In this document: piece by piece, positions 8,231 through 15,549 of the stretch
How positions within the stretch are numbered: the first letter of the stretch is position 1
Layout of the letters: each line of letters starts with the position of its first letter
From: a virus
Direction: 5' to 3' (one strand)
IMG/VR virus record: IMGVR_UViG_3300027976_000003
DNA: 33,512 nucleotides
Notes under the pieces: model-generated
What the model was told of the DNA's origin: nothing
The model's database searches: none
Seen by the model: only the letters and a program-made list of their open reading frames with translations
Position numbers and translations under genes: made by a program

Positions 8231-8543
8231 TTATGTCCTCGTAATAAAAATTATGTTTCGTCCAATGACCGCATCTATGTGCTATCGCCGCTGGGGTAAC
8301 GCCGTAAAACTCTGCCGCAGCGATAATGGATTCATATATTCCGTCTGGTGTGATTACTCTGCATCGTTTCAGTGGAGTGTCCCGCATTGGTTTGACGTGA
8401 GTGCATCCAGGTGGTAATACTTTATTACCTTTATATTTGCGAATGTCTATAGTGCGTGTGTTGATTTGCATAGTGGTGTATTCTGTTATCACAGATTCTT
8501 TCTTTTGTGTGTACGCTGCAATTGCTTCTTCGAAGTTATCCAT
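8223..8543 (-). CDS. DNA-binding protein with one NUMOD1-like HTH module (paralogue of 7808..8230); first leftward gene
   Basis: TPDGIYESIIAAAEFYGVTPAAIAHRC carries the same motif. An 8-nt overlap (ATGAATAA) links it to the next gene. It starts 5 nt from the divergent promoter. Confidence 0.55.
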   Translation of the reverse strand: MDNFEEAIAAYTQKKESVITEYTTMQINTRTIDIRKYKGNKVLPPGCTHVKPMRDTPLKRCRVITPDGIYESIIAAAEFYGVTPAAIAHRCGHWTKHNFYYEDINE

Positions 8544-8547
8544 TTAC

Positions 8548-8576
8548 TTGACCTTTCGTGTAGTTATCTGTATTAT
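8548..8576 (+). promoter_or_regulatory. Sigma70-type rightward promoter TTGACC-17 nt-TATTAT
   Basis: TTGACC at 8548-8553, a 17-nt spacer, and TATTAT at 8571-8576. It lies in the divergent intergenic region about 60 nt upstream of the ATG at 8640. Confidence 0.5.
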
Positions 8577-8639
8577 TTATCAATAGTGGTCAATCGTGAT
8601 AAATAATAATAATAATAACATAATAAGTTGGGAGAAAAT

Positions 8640-8816
8640 ATGGACCTAAGTAAAGAACAATATCTGGTGGATGTGCTAAAAAATAAATGCAGGACTGTGG
8701 CTAAAGTTACATTGGACGGTGTAGAGATGAAAACACAGTCGTATGAGGCATGGGTTGGTAGAAAGAAAATGATGGATTACTTGTACACGACTTTGGGTAA
8801 AAAGTTCAGAAAGTAA
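8640..8816 (+). CDS. Small 58-aa protein, first rightward gene
   Basis: The listed ORF 8628..8816 starts at a TTG. The ATG at 8640 follows SD gggag by 5 nt. The protein is basic and of unknown function. Confidence 0.5.
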   Translation: MDLSKEQYLVDVLKNKCRTVAKVTLDGVEMKTQSYEAWVGRKKMMDYLYTTLGKKFRK

Positions 8817-8825
8817 CTCGGTAAG

Positions 8826-8855
8826 TTGACTGATTTGACTGAGTAGTGTATAAAT
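8826..8855 (+). promoter_or_regulatory. Sigma70-type promoter TTGACT-17 nt-TATAAA, with TG just upstream (TGTATAAAT)
   Basis: TTGACT at 8826-8831, a 17-nt spacer, and TATAAA at 8849-8854. It sits immediately after the stop of the small ORF and faces the structured leader and the primase gene. Confidence 0.5.
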
Positions 8856-8863
8856 ATGCATGT

Positions 8864-8950
8864 AGCAGTTCTTGCTATATGTAGTCTGAGTTAAAATCTG
8901 AAACCCCGAATCGGCCTTTATTGGCCTTTTCGGCTGAAGCAGTTCTTGCT
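8864..8950. promoter_or_regulatory. Twin 13-nt palindromes AGCAGTTCTTGCT, 74 bp apart, flanking a hairpin (operator or RNA-hairpin candidates)
   Basis: Identical 13-mers at 8864-8876 and 8938-8950. Flanks extend the pairing differently: tgTAGCA..TGCTAta versus GAAGCA..TGCTTC. The hairpin ccgaa-tc-ggcc-tttatt-ggcc-tt-ttcgg lies at 8906-8933. Confidence 0.4.
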
Positions 8951-8953
8951 TCG

Positions 8954-9069
8954 TTTCTTGTCGCAAAATCTCACTTTCGATCGCCCCTTCACTGGGGCTT
9001 TCGATTGAGTAAAGGAGTGAGATCCCGAACTTCCGCCCATAGCAAGTATGGTGCCCCTGCGACAAGAAA
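8954..9069 (+). ncRNA. Candidate structured RNA (or ssDNA origin structure): multi-stem element closed by a 12-bp helix
   Basis: P1 pairs tttcttgtcgca (8954-8965) with tgcgacaagaaa (9058-9069). P2 pairs atctcact (8968-8975) with agtgagat (9016-9023). P3 pairs tcga..gcccc (8977-8987) with ggggc..tcga (8994-9004) around loop ttcact. There is no credible + strand ORF. It lies downstream of the promoter at 8826. Confidence 0.35.
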
Positions 9070-9172
9070 AAGATAATAACTTCTGGGGTTTAATTTATAT
9101 CCATAACTCTGGAGTTAAAAATGCCATCCATAAGTCACTGTGCAGAAGTCGTGCTTATTACGAGGAGGAACA

Positions 9173-10114
9173 ATGTTAATAAGTTTTCATCCAAAAATAA
9201 TCGGTAAGCCCATATTCGATGATAATAGGATCGCTACTATAAATGGACAGCGAGTCTATCTAAGTCACGGATGGGTAACAGGTGAGTTCGAATTCGACGA
9301 AGTGTTTGAGGTGCTCACTACACTCGGTCACGCCATGACCTGCGCACTAAAAACAGATCACCGGATCGAAACAGACTTTGTGTCACAACAATTAGCATTG
9401 GTCGATATTGATAAAGGCATGTCAATAAAGCAGTTAGAAACGCACGAGTTTTATCAAAAATACGGAAGTGGATATTATACAACACCGTCGCATACAGATA
9501 CAGATAACAGATTCAGGTTAGTGTATATGTTGGAATCACCTATCACAGTTGCAGAAGACATGAGAGTATTATACGAAAGTCTACTCGCAGTGCATGGTGC
9601 GGCCGACATTAGTTGTAAAGATCCGGCAAGGTTGTTCTTTGGAACTATCAACGCTGTTAAGAAAGAAACAACAGGCAGAGTGTTAACATCAGAGGGTGTT
9701 GTAGAGGCATATATTGCACGGGGTGCTATACTTGCGGCGAGGCCTGCACCGCAAGTATATAGCGGGTCATCTACACCGCTAAATTCGAAAGAAATTGGCG
9801 AAATTTTAGACGAACTGCACAAGTATTACCCTTCGCTGCCTTACGATGTGCGACGCGATGTCACATGGGCAGTGCTTAGTGAGTGCAGCGAAGCAGATAC
9901 AATCCAACTCATGAGGAGCAGATGGGATGATAGCAGGTTGGCCGGGAAATATGAAGTGATGATAGCAGGTCGTACAAGGGATGACATATCCATCGGCACG
10001 CTATACTTTATGATTCGACAACACAATCCGAGGTATAGAAAACAAGCGAAGTATAAAGACCAAAACTTTATGGACAATTTAATGAATAAACTAAAAAGGA
10101 AACAAAATGAGTAA
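9173..10114 (+). CDS. Archaeo-eukaryotic primase (AEP) superfamily primase-polymerase
   Basis: The listed ORF starts at a GTG (9140). The ATG at 9173 follows a strong SD gaggagg. Motifs are LALVDIDKG (DxD), YYTTPSHTD..RFRLVY (sxH plus strand) and ADISCKDPARLFFG, as in VirE-N/BT4734-like AEPs. Confidence 0.7.
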   Translation: MLISFHPKIIGKPIFDDNRIATINGQRVYLSHGWVTGEFEFDEVFEVLTTLGHAMTCALKTDHRIETDFVSQQLALVDIDKGMSIKQLETHEFYQKYGSGYYTTPSHTDTDNRFRLVYMLESPITVAEDMRVLYESLLAVHGAADISCKDPARLFFGTINAVKKETTGRVLTSEGVVEAYIARGAILAARPAPQVYSGSSTPLNSKEIGEILDELHKYYPSLPYDVRRDVTWAVLSECSEADTIQLMRSRWDDSRLAGKYEVMIAGRTRDDISIGTLYFMIRQHNPRYRKQAKYKDQNFMDNLMNKLKRKQNE

Positions 10115-10475
10115 ATTATTAGAAATAGCAAGAGCAATGAAAGCAAACAATTCCACTAAAGGTGAACTATACATACTTAGGATACCAGCACCAGAGAAGG
10201 AACATGCTAAAGCATCTGGTGCTAAGTGGAACAACGAGGAAAAACACTTCGAGGTGAGAACAGAAGACATTGATAATCACCCACTGAAACACTTACAAGT
10301 CACAAACCCTGAATGGATACAACTGAAAGGCAATATCCCGTTCGACTACAAAAAGGATTTTAAAGATGCGGGTGTGGTGTCAGATAAGATTGATGACAAG
10401 TGGTGTGACTTCGTATTGGCAACCGAGAAGTATAGTGACGTTATCAACGCATTATATGAGGCGGAGTTGATATGA
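10107..10475 (+). CDS. Small protein with two tandem ~45-aa modules of the type often fused to plasmid/phage primases and topoisomerases (recalled as DUF5710-like)
   Basis: YILRIPAPEKEHAKASGAKWNNEEKHFEV and IPFDYKKDFKDAGVVSDKIDDKWCDFV both fit h-P-F/A-x-x-K-x-x-A-K-x-x-G-A-x-W-x-x-x-x-K-x-W/F. The gene overlaps the primase stop. Confidence 0.45.
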   Translation: MSKLLEIARAMKANNSTKGELYILRIPAPEKEHAKASGAKWNNEEKHFEVRTEDIDNHPLKHLQVTNPEWIQLKGNIPFDYKKDFKDAGVVSDKIDDKWCDFVLATEKYSDVINALYEAELI

Positions 10476-10948
10476 GTGCGTTTATATGGAAGGGAGGTTA
10501 CCCACACAAAGGGTGGATTAACACAAATATAGAAGACTTAGGTGAGGGTAATTATTTCAAATGTGAGATGTGCAGCAATCCTGTAGTTCGGTACAAGCAC
10601 ACAATGGAACACCTGGAAATAGGAGCAATAAGCACAGGGTGTGACTGTGCTGAAAAAATGTCAGAGGAGTATAAAGGTGTCGGTAGTGCCAGAGAAGAAG
10701 AACTTAAAAAGTTAGCAACAAGCAGGAAGAACTTTTATGTAAACGGATGGCACGAATCTGAACAAAATACATTTAGAAAGTTAGGCAAAGATAGGCTATC
10801 AATAACAGAAGTTAACAACAGTTACTACTGGTTAGTTGAAAAGGACACAGACGAGTACTCAAATGTGTTTAATAACACACCGTGCAGCACAGAATTAGAA
10901 TCAAAACAGAAGATATGGGATATGTATAAAGATGAAGGATGGAAATGA
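10472..10948 (+). CDS. Cys-rich (zinc-ribbon-like) protein of the replication module
   Basis: CEMCSNPVVRYKHTMEH...GCDCAEKM. An ATGA overlap links it to the upstream gene. Confidence 0.5.
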   Translation: MSAFIWKGGYPHKGWINTNIEDLGEGNYFKCEMCSNPVVRYKHTMEHLEIGAISTGCDCAEKMSEEYKGVGSAREEELKKLATSRKNFYVNGWHESEQNTFRKLGKDRLSITEVNNSYYWLVEKDTDEYSNVFNNTPCSTELESKQKIWDMYKDEGWK

Positions 10949-12366
10949 TAGATAAAACGACAAAGGCATTATTGCCACAACTAATAATAGATACAGTAGA
11001 TGCACTGGGGAAACTAACAAACGCACCGGACGAGATGACCATCCCCATAGTATTGTCTATCGCCAACTTTGCAACACAAGGATTAAATGACGCCAACCCT
11101 CTTATGTGGAAACGATGTCCTGTGTCTGAATACTTTATGATACTTGTGCCAAGTGGTGGGATGAAATCGGGTGTTACCGACTACACACTCGACGGCATTA
11201 AGGATTTCGAGAAGCAACAAAAGTTGGCAACGAAACAAGATATAACAGCATACCTGGTAGATAAGAAAAAATATCTTAAAGATGTCGAAGCAGTAGTAAA
11301 AGACCCAACATTACCTTATCCAACATTACCTGAACGCCCACGCGGACATAAAGTGCGTATCGAGAAAGGAACAACAAATGGTATCATCAATACGCTCAGA
11401 GGTGTGCCGTTCTCATGTTTGCTTAATACAGACGCAGCGGAGTTCTTTAACAGTCACAGTTTCCAAGATAGTAATAAGTCTATGGAAATGATTAGTATGT
11501 TGTCGAAACTGTGGTCGGGGGAAAAAATCGAACGCAATACAGGTATAGAGGATGATAATGTGGAACTTACCGATAGACGGTTTAATATGTTGATGTTATT
11601 ACAACAACAAATGGCTGGGTTTCTCGTAGATAACAGATATAAGGATCAAGGTTTCACAAACCGCATTCTTATCACTCAAGCAGAACTATTTAAAAAACCA
11701 TATGTAACATCCGCCTCCCTAAGTAGTATTAAACACACCCAGGCAGCACTTGATCCATTCCATGATAAGATACTACATTTGTTGCAAAAGGTTATAAAAA
11801 CCCAAATAAAACAACATGCAGCAGCGGCTCAATATAATCAAGATGTTGAGCCAAATCAATTGATACTCGATTTAATAGAGTTCGATAAGAAAGACGGTGC
11901 AGAACAAGTTATGATAGACTTCTATAATAAAATGGGCGCTGCAATGCATGATCCATGTAACATAGAGTATCAAAACTTTATATCCAGGTTGTACGAACAC
12001 GCAGTTAGGTTGGCTGCTACATTTGCTATATTCGACGAACATAAAACCATTAATATTAAATATGCAGAGGCAGGATGTAAATTAGCAATGTGGTTTTTAA
12101 AACAGAGGCAGGATTTACAAATTGATGGGAAAGAAGTTGTGGATCCAATTGTGGAGCATGCAGAAAAAATACGTAAGTTGTGGTGGAAGATGGAGGCGGA
12201 TTACAAAGCCTCCGGCGATGAAAAAGACAAACCTACTAAGAGTAAGATAACGCAGAGATCGCATCGTGGATGGAGAGCATTATCAAGAGATAATAAGAAA
12301 CGAGTATGGGCGGAAATAGAAGGTAGGGAAGAAGACAGAATAGAAGAGGAGAACGAAAATGAATAG
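10939..12366 (+). CDS. Helicase-like P-loop protein (DUF3987/YfjI-like candidate) partnering the AEP primase
   Basis: 475 aa. Degenerate Walker A VPSGGMKSG and Walker-B-like CLLNTDAAEF. Its size and position directly downstream of a primase-polymerase are typical. An alternative start is the ATG at 10945. Confidence 0.45.
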   Translation: MEMIDKTTKALLPQLIIDTVDALGKLTNAPDEMTIPIVLSIANFATQGLNDANPLMWKRCPVSEYFMILVPSGGMKSGVTDYTLDGIKDFEKQQKLATKQDITAYLVDKKKYLKDVEAVVKDPTLPYPTLPERPRGHKVRIEKGTTNGIINTLRGVPFSCLLNTDAAEFFNSHSFQDSNKSMEMISMLSKLWSGEKIERNTGIEDDNVELTDRRFNMLMLLQQQMAGFLVDNRYKDQGFTNRILITQAELFKKPYVTSASLSSIKHTQAALDPFHDKILHLLQKVIKTQIKQHAAAAQYNQDVEPNQLILDLIEFDKKDGAEQVMIDFYNKMGAAMHDPCNIEYQNFISRLYEHAVRLAATFAIFDEHKTINIKYAEAGCKLAMWFLKQRQDLQIDGKEVVDPIVEHAEKIRKLWWKMEADYKASGDEKDKPTKSKITQRSHRGWRALSRDNKKRVWAEIEGREEDRIEEENENE

Positions 12367-12526
12367 ATCACAAGCACAAAGTTATAGAAGATTTTTGGAA
12401 AATACTATCAACGATGAGAATTTATCGTCTCAACAACGAGTAGATATTTTAAGGTATTATGTTGAAATTCACGGGTTAGTATTCGACAAAAAGAAAACTC
12501 TAACAAGTGCAACTTTTAAAAAGTAG
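12359..12526 (+). CDS. Possible 55-aa ORF (below the track cutoff) overlapping the helicase stop
   Basis: My translation is MNRSQAQSYRRFLENTINDENLSSQQRVDILRYYVEIHGLVFDKKKTLTSATFKK. The ATG sits inside ...aaaATGaatag, overlapping the upstream stop. The ORF ends inside the first iteron/inverted repeat. Confidence 0.3.
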   Translation: MNRSQAQSYRRFLENTINDENLSSQQRVDILRYYVEIHGLVFDKKKTLTSATFKK

Positions 12527-12730
12527 CATGCAAAAGTTGCACGCATAGTAGCACGGGTAAAAATCACGAAAAACCCAATAAAAACAACATTCTTAGAGGT
12601 GATTTGAGTGAAAAGTAGCAAAGTAGCATGGCATATGCTAATACGAAGTTTTGTTATGTATTCTTATATATATATGTATGCGTGTACGCGTGGTGTGCTA
12701 CCCGTGCTAATCGTGCTATTTCGTGCTATT
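12507..12730. promoter_or_regulatory. Opposed iteron arrays flanking a (TA)n tract; candidate replication origin or master operator region
   Basis: AGTAGCA at 12522, 12547, 12614 and 12622. The complement-oriented GTGCTA at 12695, 12704, 12713 and 12723, spaced 9, 9 and 10 nt, plus ATGCTA at 12635. tatatatatat at 12665-12675. An 11-bp inverted repeat gtgcaactttt/aaaagttgcac at 12507-12517 and 12532-12542. Confidence 0.5.
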
Positions 12731-12847
12731 TTTTAATTATGCAACATTTAGCGATAGCAACAACAACAGAAAATCACCAGCACTTCTAGTATGATTAATT
12801 GGCAGTAAATATTGGCAGTAGTTAAACAAACAACTAAAGGAATCAAA

Positions 12848-13045
12848 ATGAAAGAATTTAAAGAAATGTTAGATCACTTGCGAACATTGTCATATAAAGA
12901 ACAAGCCCGAATGAAACTGATAGAGGACAAGTTCGATGAATACTCGGATGCATATATTATCGAGAATGGATGGACAGTAGAAGACTTTCGAACCCAATTG
13001 AATATTTTTGATGGAGATGATTCGCATATAGAACAAAAGCAGTAA
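12848..13045 (+). CDS. Small acidic hypothetical protein
   Basis: The listed ORF starts at a TTG (12812). The ATG at 12848 follows SD aaagga. Confidence 0.5.
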   Translation: MKEFKEMLDHLRTLSYKEQARMKLIEDKFDEYSDAYIIENGWTVEDFRTQLNIFDGDDSHIEQKQ

Positions 13046-13188
13046 GCAGTTGAGTATCTATAACACGCAAGCAGGTGTCAAATACGTCAAAAAACGTGAA
13101 AAATCCAATGACAACTATGCTTAGCATTGCTTGGCTACATGAGAGGTAAATAATAGCGTAAATAAGTCATAATAATCCTTTAGATTCT

Positions 13189-13237
13189 GCCAACACTTCG
13201 GCTCCCTTTACCTTAGGGACTGTTGTGTTGGCTTTTT
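13189..13237 (+). terminator. Stem-loop followed by a T5 run (intrinsic terminator candidate)
   Basis: gccaacac (13189-13196) pairs with gtgttggc (13225-13232), with an inner tccct/aggga stem, followed by ttttt. Confidence 0.45.
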
Positions 13238-13330
13238 AACGACTACAATTTTTGCAATGAGATAAATAAGCGTGTTGTAAACTAATCATAGAGCAACAAA
13301 CTAACCTGTAAACCAGTAGCAGGAAGATAC

Positions 13331-13846
13331 ATGTCAGAAGAAGAAAAACCAAAGAAGAAATATTCTCCAGCGGGCGGACGCAAGGCAGATACATTCATGC
13401 CAGTAGAAACAACTGGCAACTTCAAACGCGACAATCCATTTCATATGAGCATTAACGAACTTATTGCTTGGAAAGAAACTGGTCAAAAGCCTAAGCTGAT
13501 TATGCGATCAGAAGAAGTATTCAACTTAGCGAAAGCTGGTATCAGCATGAAAAACATTGCTGGAGTATATTCTACTACTGAAATGACTATATTAGATAAC
13601 CCTGCGTTCTTGAGCGCTTTTAATGATGGTCGTGCGGAATGTGGGTCCAGAGTGCGTGCAATGATATATCAACATGCTGAAGCGGGCAATTTAAATGCCG
13701 CTATTCACTTAGATAAGTTGTTATCAGGTGAAATTCAACGCCAAGAGATTAAACTGGAGTTATCTACACGTCCAGCCGGAAATATAAGTGATGCTGAACT
13801 AATAGAAAGTATCGAGTTCGACGATGGCGAAGATAACCTTAACTAA
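13331..13846 (+). CDS. terS: Terminase small subunit (positional call)
   Basis: 171-aa ORF with a basic N-terminus. It lies immediately upstream of the large terminase and overlaps it. Confidence 0.5.
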   Translation: MSEEEKPKKKYSPAGGRKADTFMPVETTGNFKRDNPFHMSINELIAWKETGQKPKLIMRSEEVFNLAKAGISMKNIAGVYSTTEMTILDNPAFLSAFNDGRAECGSRVRAMIYQHAEAGNLNAAIHLDKLLSGEIQRQEIKLELSTRPAGNISDAELIESIEFDDGEDNLN

Positions 13847-15296
13847 ACAGCAAATTAAAGAGGAACTCTTCCATAGAGGAATCCTTCGCCATCTGTTGTA
13901 TCCACATCAACGACCCATCTACGACAAAATTAGAGAAGTTCTAGCAAGTGACGATATAGACAGTAACAGTTATGTAATTGACTGTGCGAGACAATTCGGA
14001 AAGTCGTTTATCATGTTTACAATAGCAGTAGAAGAGTGTCTAAGAGAACCTTACACCACCATTGCGTACATTGCACCACTTAAGAGCCAAGTAATAGAAA
14101 TTGTAACAGAAGCCACATTTCGCACTATATTCGCAGATGCACCAAAGGAACTTATTCCAGTGCTGGACGGTAGTGCATTAGCATTCAGCAATGGTAGCCG
14201 TATTAGACTTGCAGGAACTGACAATAAGAACTATGCTAACTTACGCGGTGGTAAAGCACATCAAGTATTATTAGACGAAGCAGGATTCATGGCAGACTTA
14301 GACATTGGTGTTCTACCATCTGTAACACCTATGTTGAAAACAACGGGTGGTAAACTTATCTTTGCATCTACACCACCCGAGAACTTAGATCATCCTTACC
14401 AAGATATTCTAAAAGACCACGAAGAGTCTGGACACATTAGCACATATACAATTCACGACGATAAGTCCTTAACTGAAAAGCAACTAAACAAAATTATACA
14501 GGATTGTAGAGGACAGGATACAACACTATTCAAACGTGAGTACGAATGTCAGCGTATCGCTGAATCAAGTCTACAAGTGATACCAGAGCTAACACACGAA
14601 GTAAGCCTCAAAATACTACAAAAAACACGCGAAATCGTAGATGACCTGCATCAGTACTATACCAAGTATGTGGTTGTCGATTGGGGCGGTAAAGACAAGA
14701 CCGCAGTTATATTTGCTTACTATGATTATCGTGCCAAGTCTGTAATTGTAGAAGACCATTTAGATCTAAGTGGTGCTGAAATAAGCAGTGGTAGAATTGC
14801 AATAGCCATTAAGGATAAGGTAAAGGAACTCTGGCCTACTACAGAACATCGCAAAGACATACGTTACATATGCGATAGTAACAATGTGCTTATTCAACAG
14901 GAAATGATTAACACATATGGTCTACCATTCGTAAGTACAAGCAAGAGTAAGTTAGAAAGTCAAATGGTACAAAAAGTGCGGGACTGGATATTCGACGAAC
15001 GCATAGAGTTTCTACCAGCTGCAGAGTTTGTACTTAGAAGTGCAGCAAGTGCTTGGTGGGCTAAATCACGCGATAAGTTTGCACGTAGTAAGATATACGG
15101 TCACTATGACCATTGTGCTGCACTTATATACTTAATTCGCAATGTAGACGAAACAAGCGATCCGTTACCTCTAATTAGAAATGCAAACATACATACACAT
15201 TTTATTGATCCGCTGATACAAAATAAGCATACTGGTCAAATTGGAGAATTACAACAAATATTCAACCCACGTAAGGGTATGAGTTTTAGGAGATAA
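13824..15296 (+). CDS. terL: Terminase large subunit
   Basis: Walker A CARQFGKS, Walker B HQVLLDEAGF and a C-terminal nuclease-type acidic motif VVVDWGGKD. It is 490 aa and precedes the portal. Confidence 0.9.
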   Translation: MAKITLTKQQIKEELFHRGILRHLLYPHQRPIYDKIREVLASDDIDSNSYVIDCARQFGKSFIMFTIAVEECLREPYTTIAYIAPLKSQVIEIVTEATFRTIFADAPKELIPVLDGSALAFSNGSRIRLAGTDNKNYANLRGGKAHQVLLDEAGFMADLDIGVLPSVTPMLKTTGGKLIFASTPPENLDHPYQDILKDHEESGHISTYTIHDDKSLTEKQLNKIIQDCRGQDTTLFKREYECQRIAESSLQVIPELTHEVSLKILQKTREIVDDLHQYYTKYVVVDWGGKDKTAVIFAYYDYRAKSVIVEDHLDLSGAEISSGRIAIAIKDKVKELWPTTEHRKDIRYICDSNNVLIQQEMINTYGLPFVSTSKSKLESQMVQKVRDWIFDERIEFLPAAEFVLRSAASAWWAKSRDKFARSKIYGHYDHCAALIYLIRNVDETSDPLPLIRNANIHTHFIDPLIQNKHTGQIGELQQIFNPRKGMSFRR

Positions 15297-15297
15297 G

Positions 15298-15549
15298 ATG
15301 AAAAAGCTACCATCATTAGTAGAAACTATTAAAACATTAGAAGCAAGCGAAATTGCTAAAGAAGTATTGGATAATATATTAGAACGTAAACAAGAGCTCG
15401 AGGATTATGTCGCAGTTGTTCAACCACTATTATATACAATTAGTGTTGCATTATATGGTGAGGACAATGCAGAGGATGTAGCATTATCCAAACTTGTATT
15501 CGATGCTATCAATTTAATCAACAGAACAACAGATGAACCATGTCACTAA
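15298..15549 (+). CDS. Hypothetical acidic protein
   Basis: 83-aa ORF with an SD, tightly packed. Confidence 0.55.
   Translation: MKKLPSLVETIKTLEASEIAKEVLDNILERKQELEDYVAVVQPLLYTISVALYGEDNAEDVALSKLVFDAINLINRTTDEPCH

Noticed and set aside
8082-8586. Plus-strand ORFs 8082..8417 and 8401..8586
   Set aside because: They lie antisense within the well-supported leftward genes, which have SDs, overlapping start/stop coupling and recognisable motifs. They have no SD or functional features of their own.
8560-8593. A confident leftward sigma70 promoter for the 8543->6782 operon
   Set aside because: A leftward TTGACC with an upstream A/T tract exists, but no acceptable -10 hexamer sits at 16-18 nt (CAGATA, ACAGAT). 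It is mentioned only as a possibility within the control-region finding.
8676-9065. Listed 129-aa minus-strand ORF spanning the structured region
   Set aside because: It overlaps the + strand small gene and promoter and has no SD. It runs against the direction of every neighbouring signal. Its sequence is what the antisense of nested inverted repeats would give. I therefore treat the region as non-coding.
8954-9069. Retron msr/msd-like or DRT-type ncRNA (terminal inverted repeats upstream of an enzyme gene), or a tRNA
   Set aside because: The downstream protein has AEP primase motifs (DxD, sxH), not RT motifs (no YxDD). The element lacks a tRNA cloverleaf and T-loop consensus. The structure is kept as a finding, but not under these labels.
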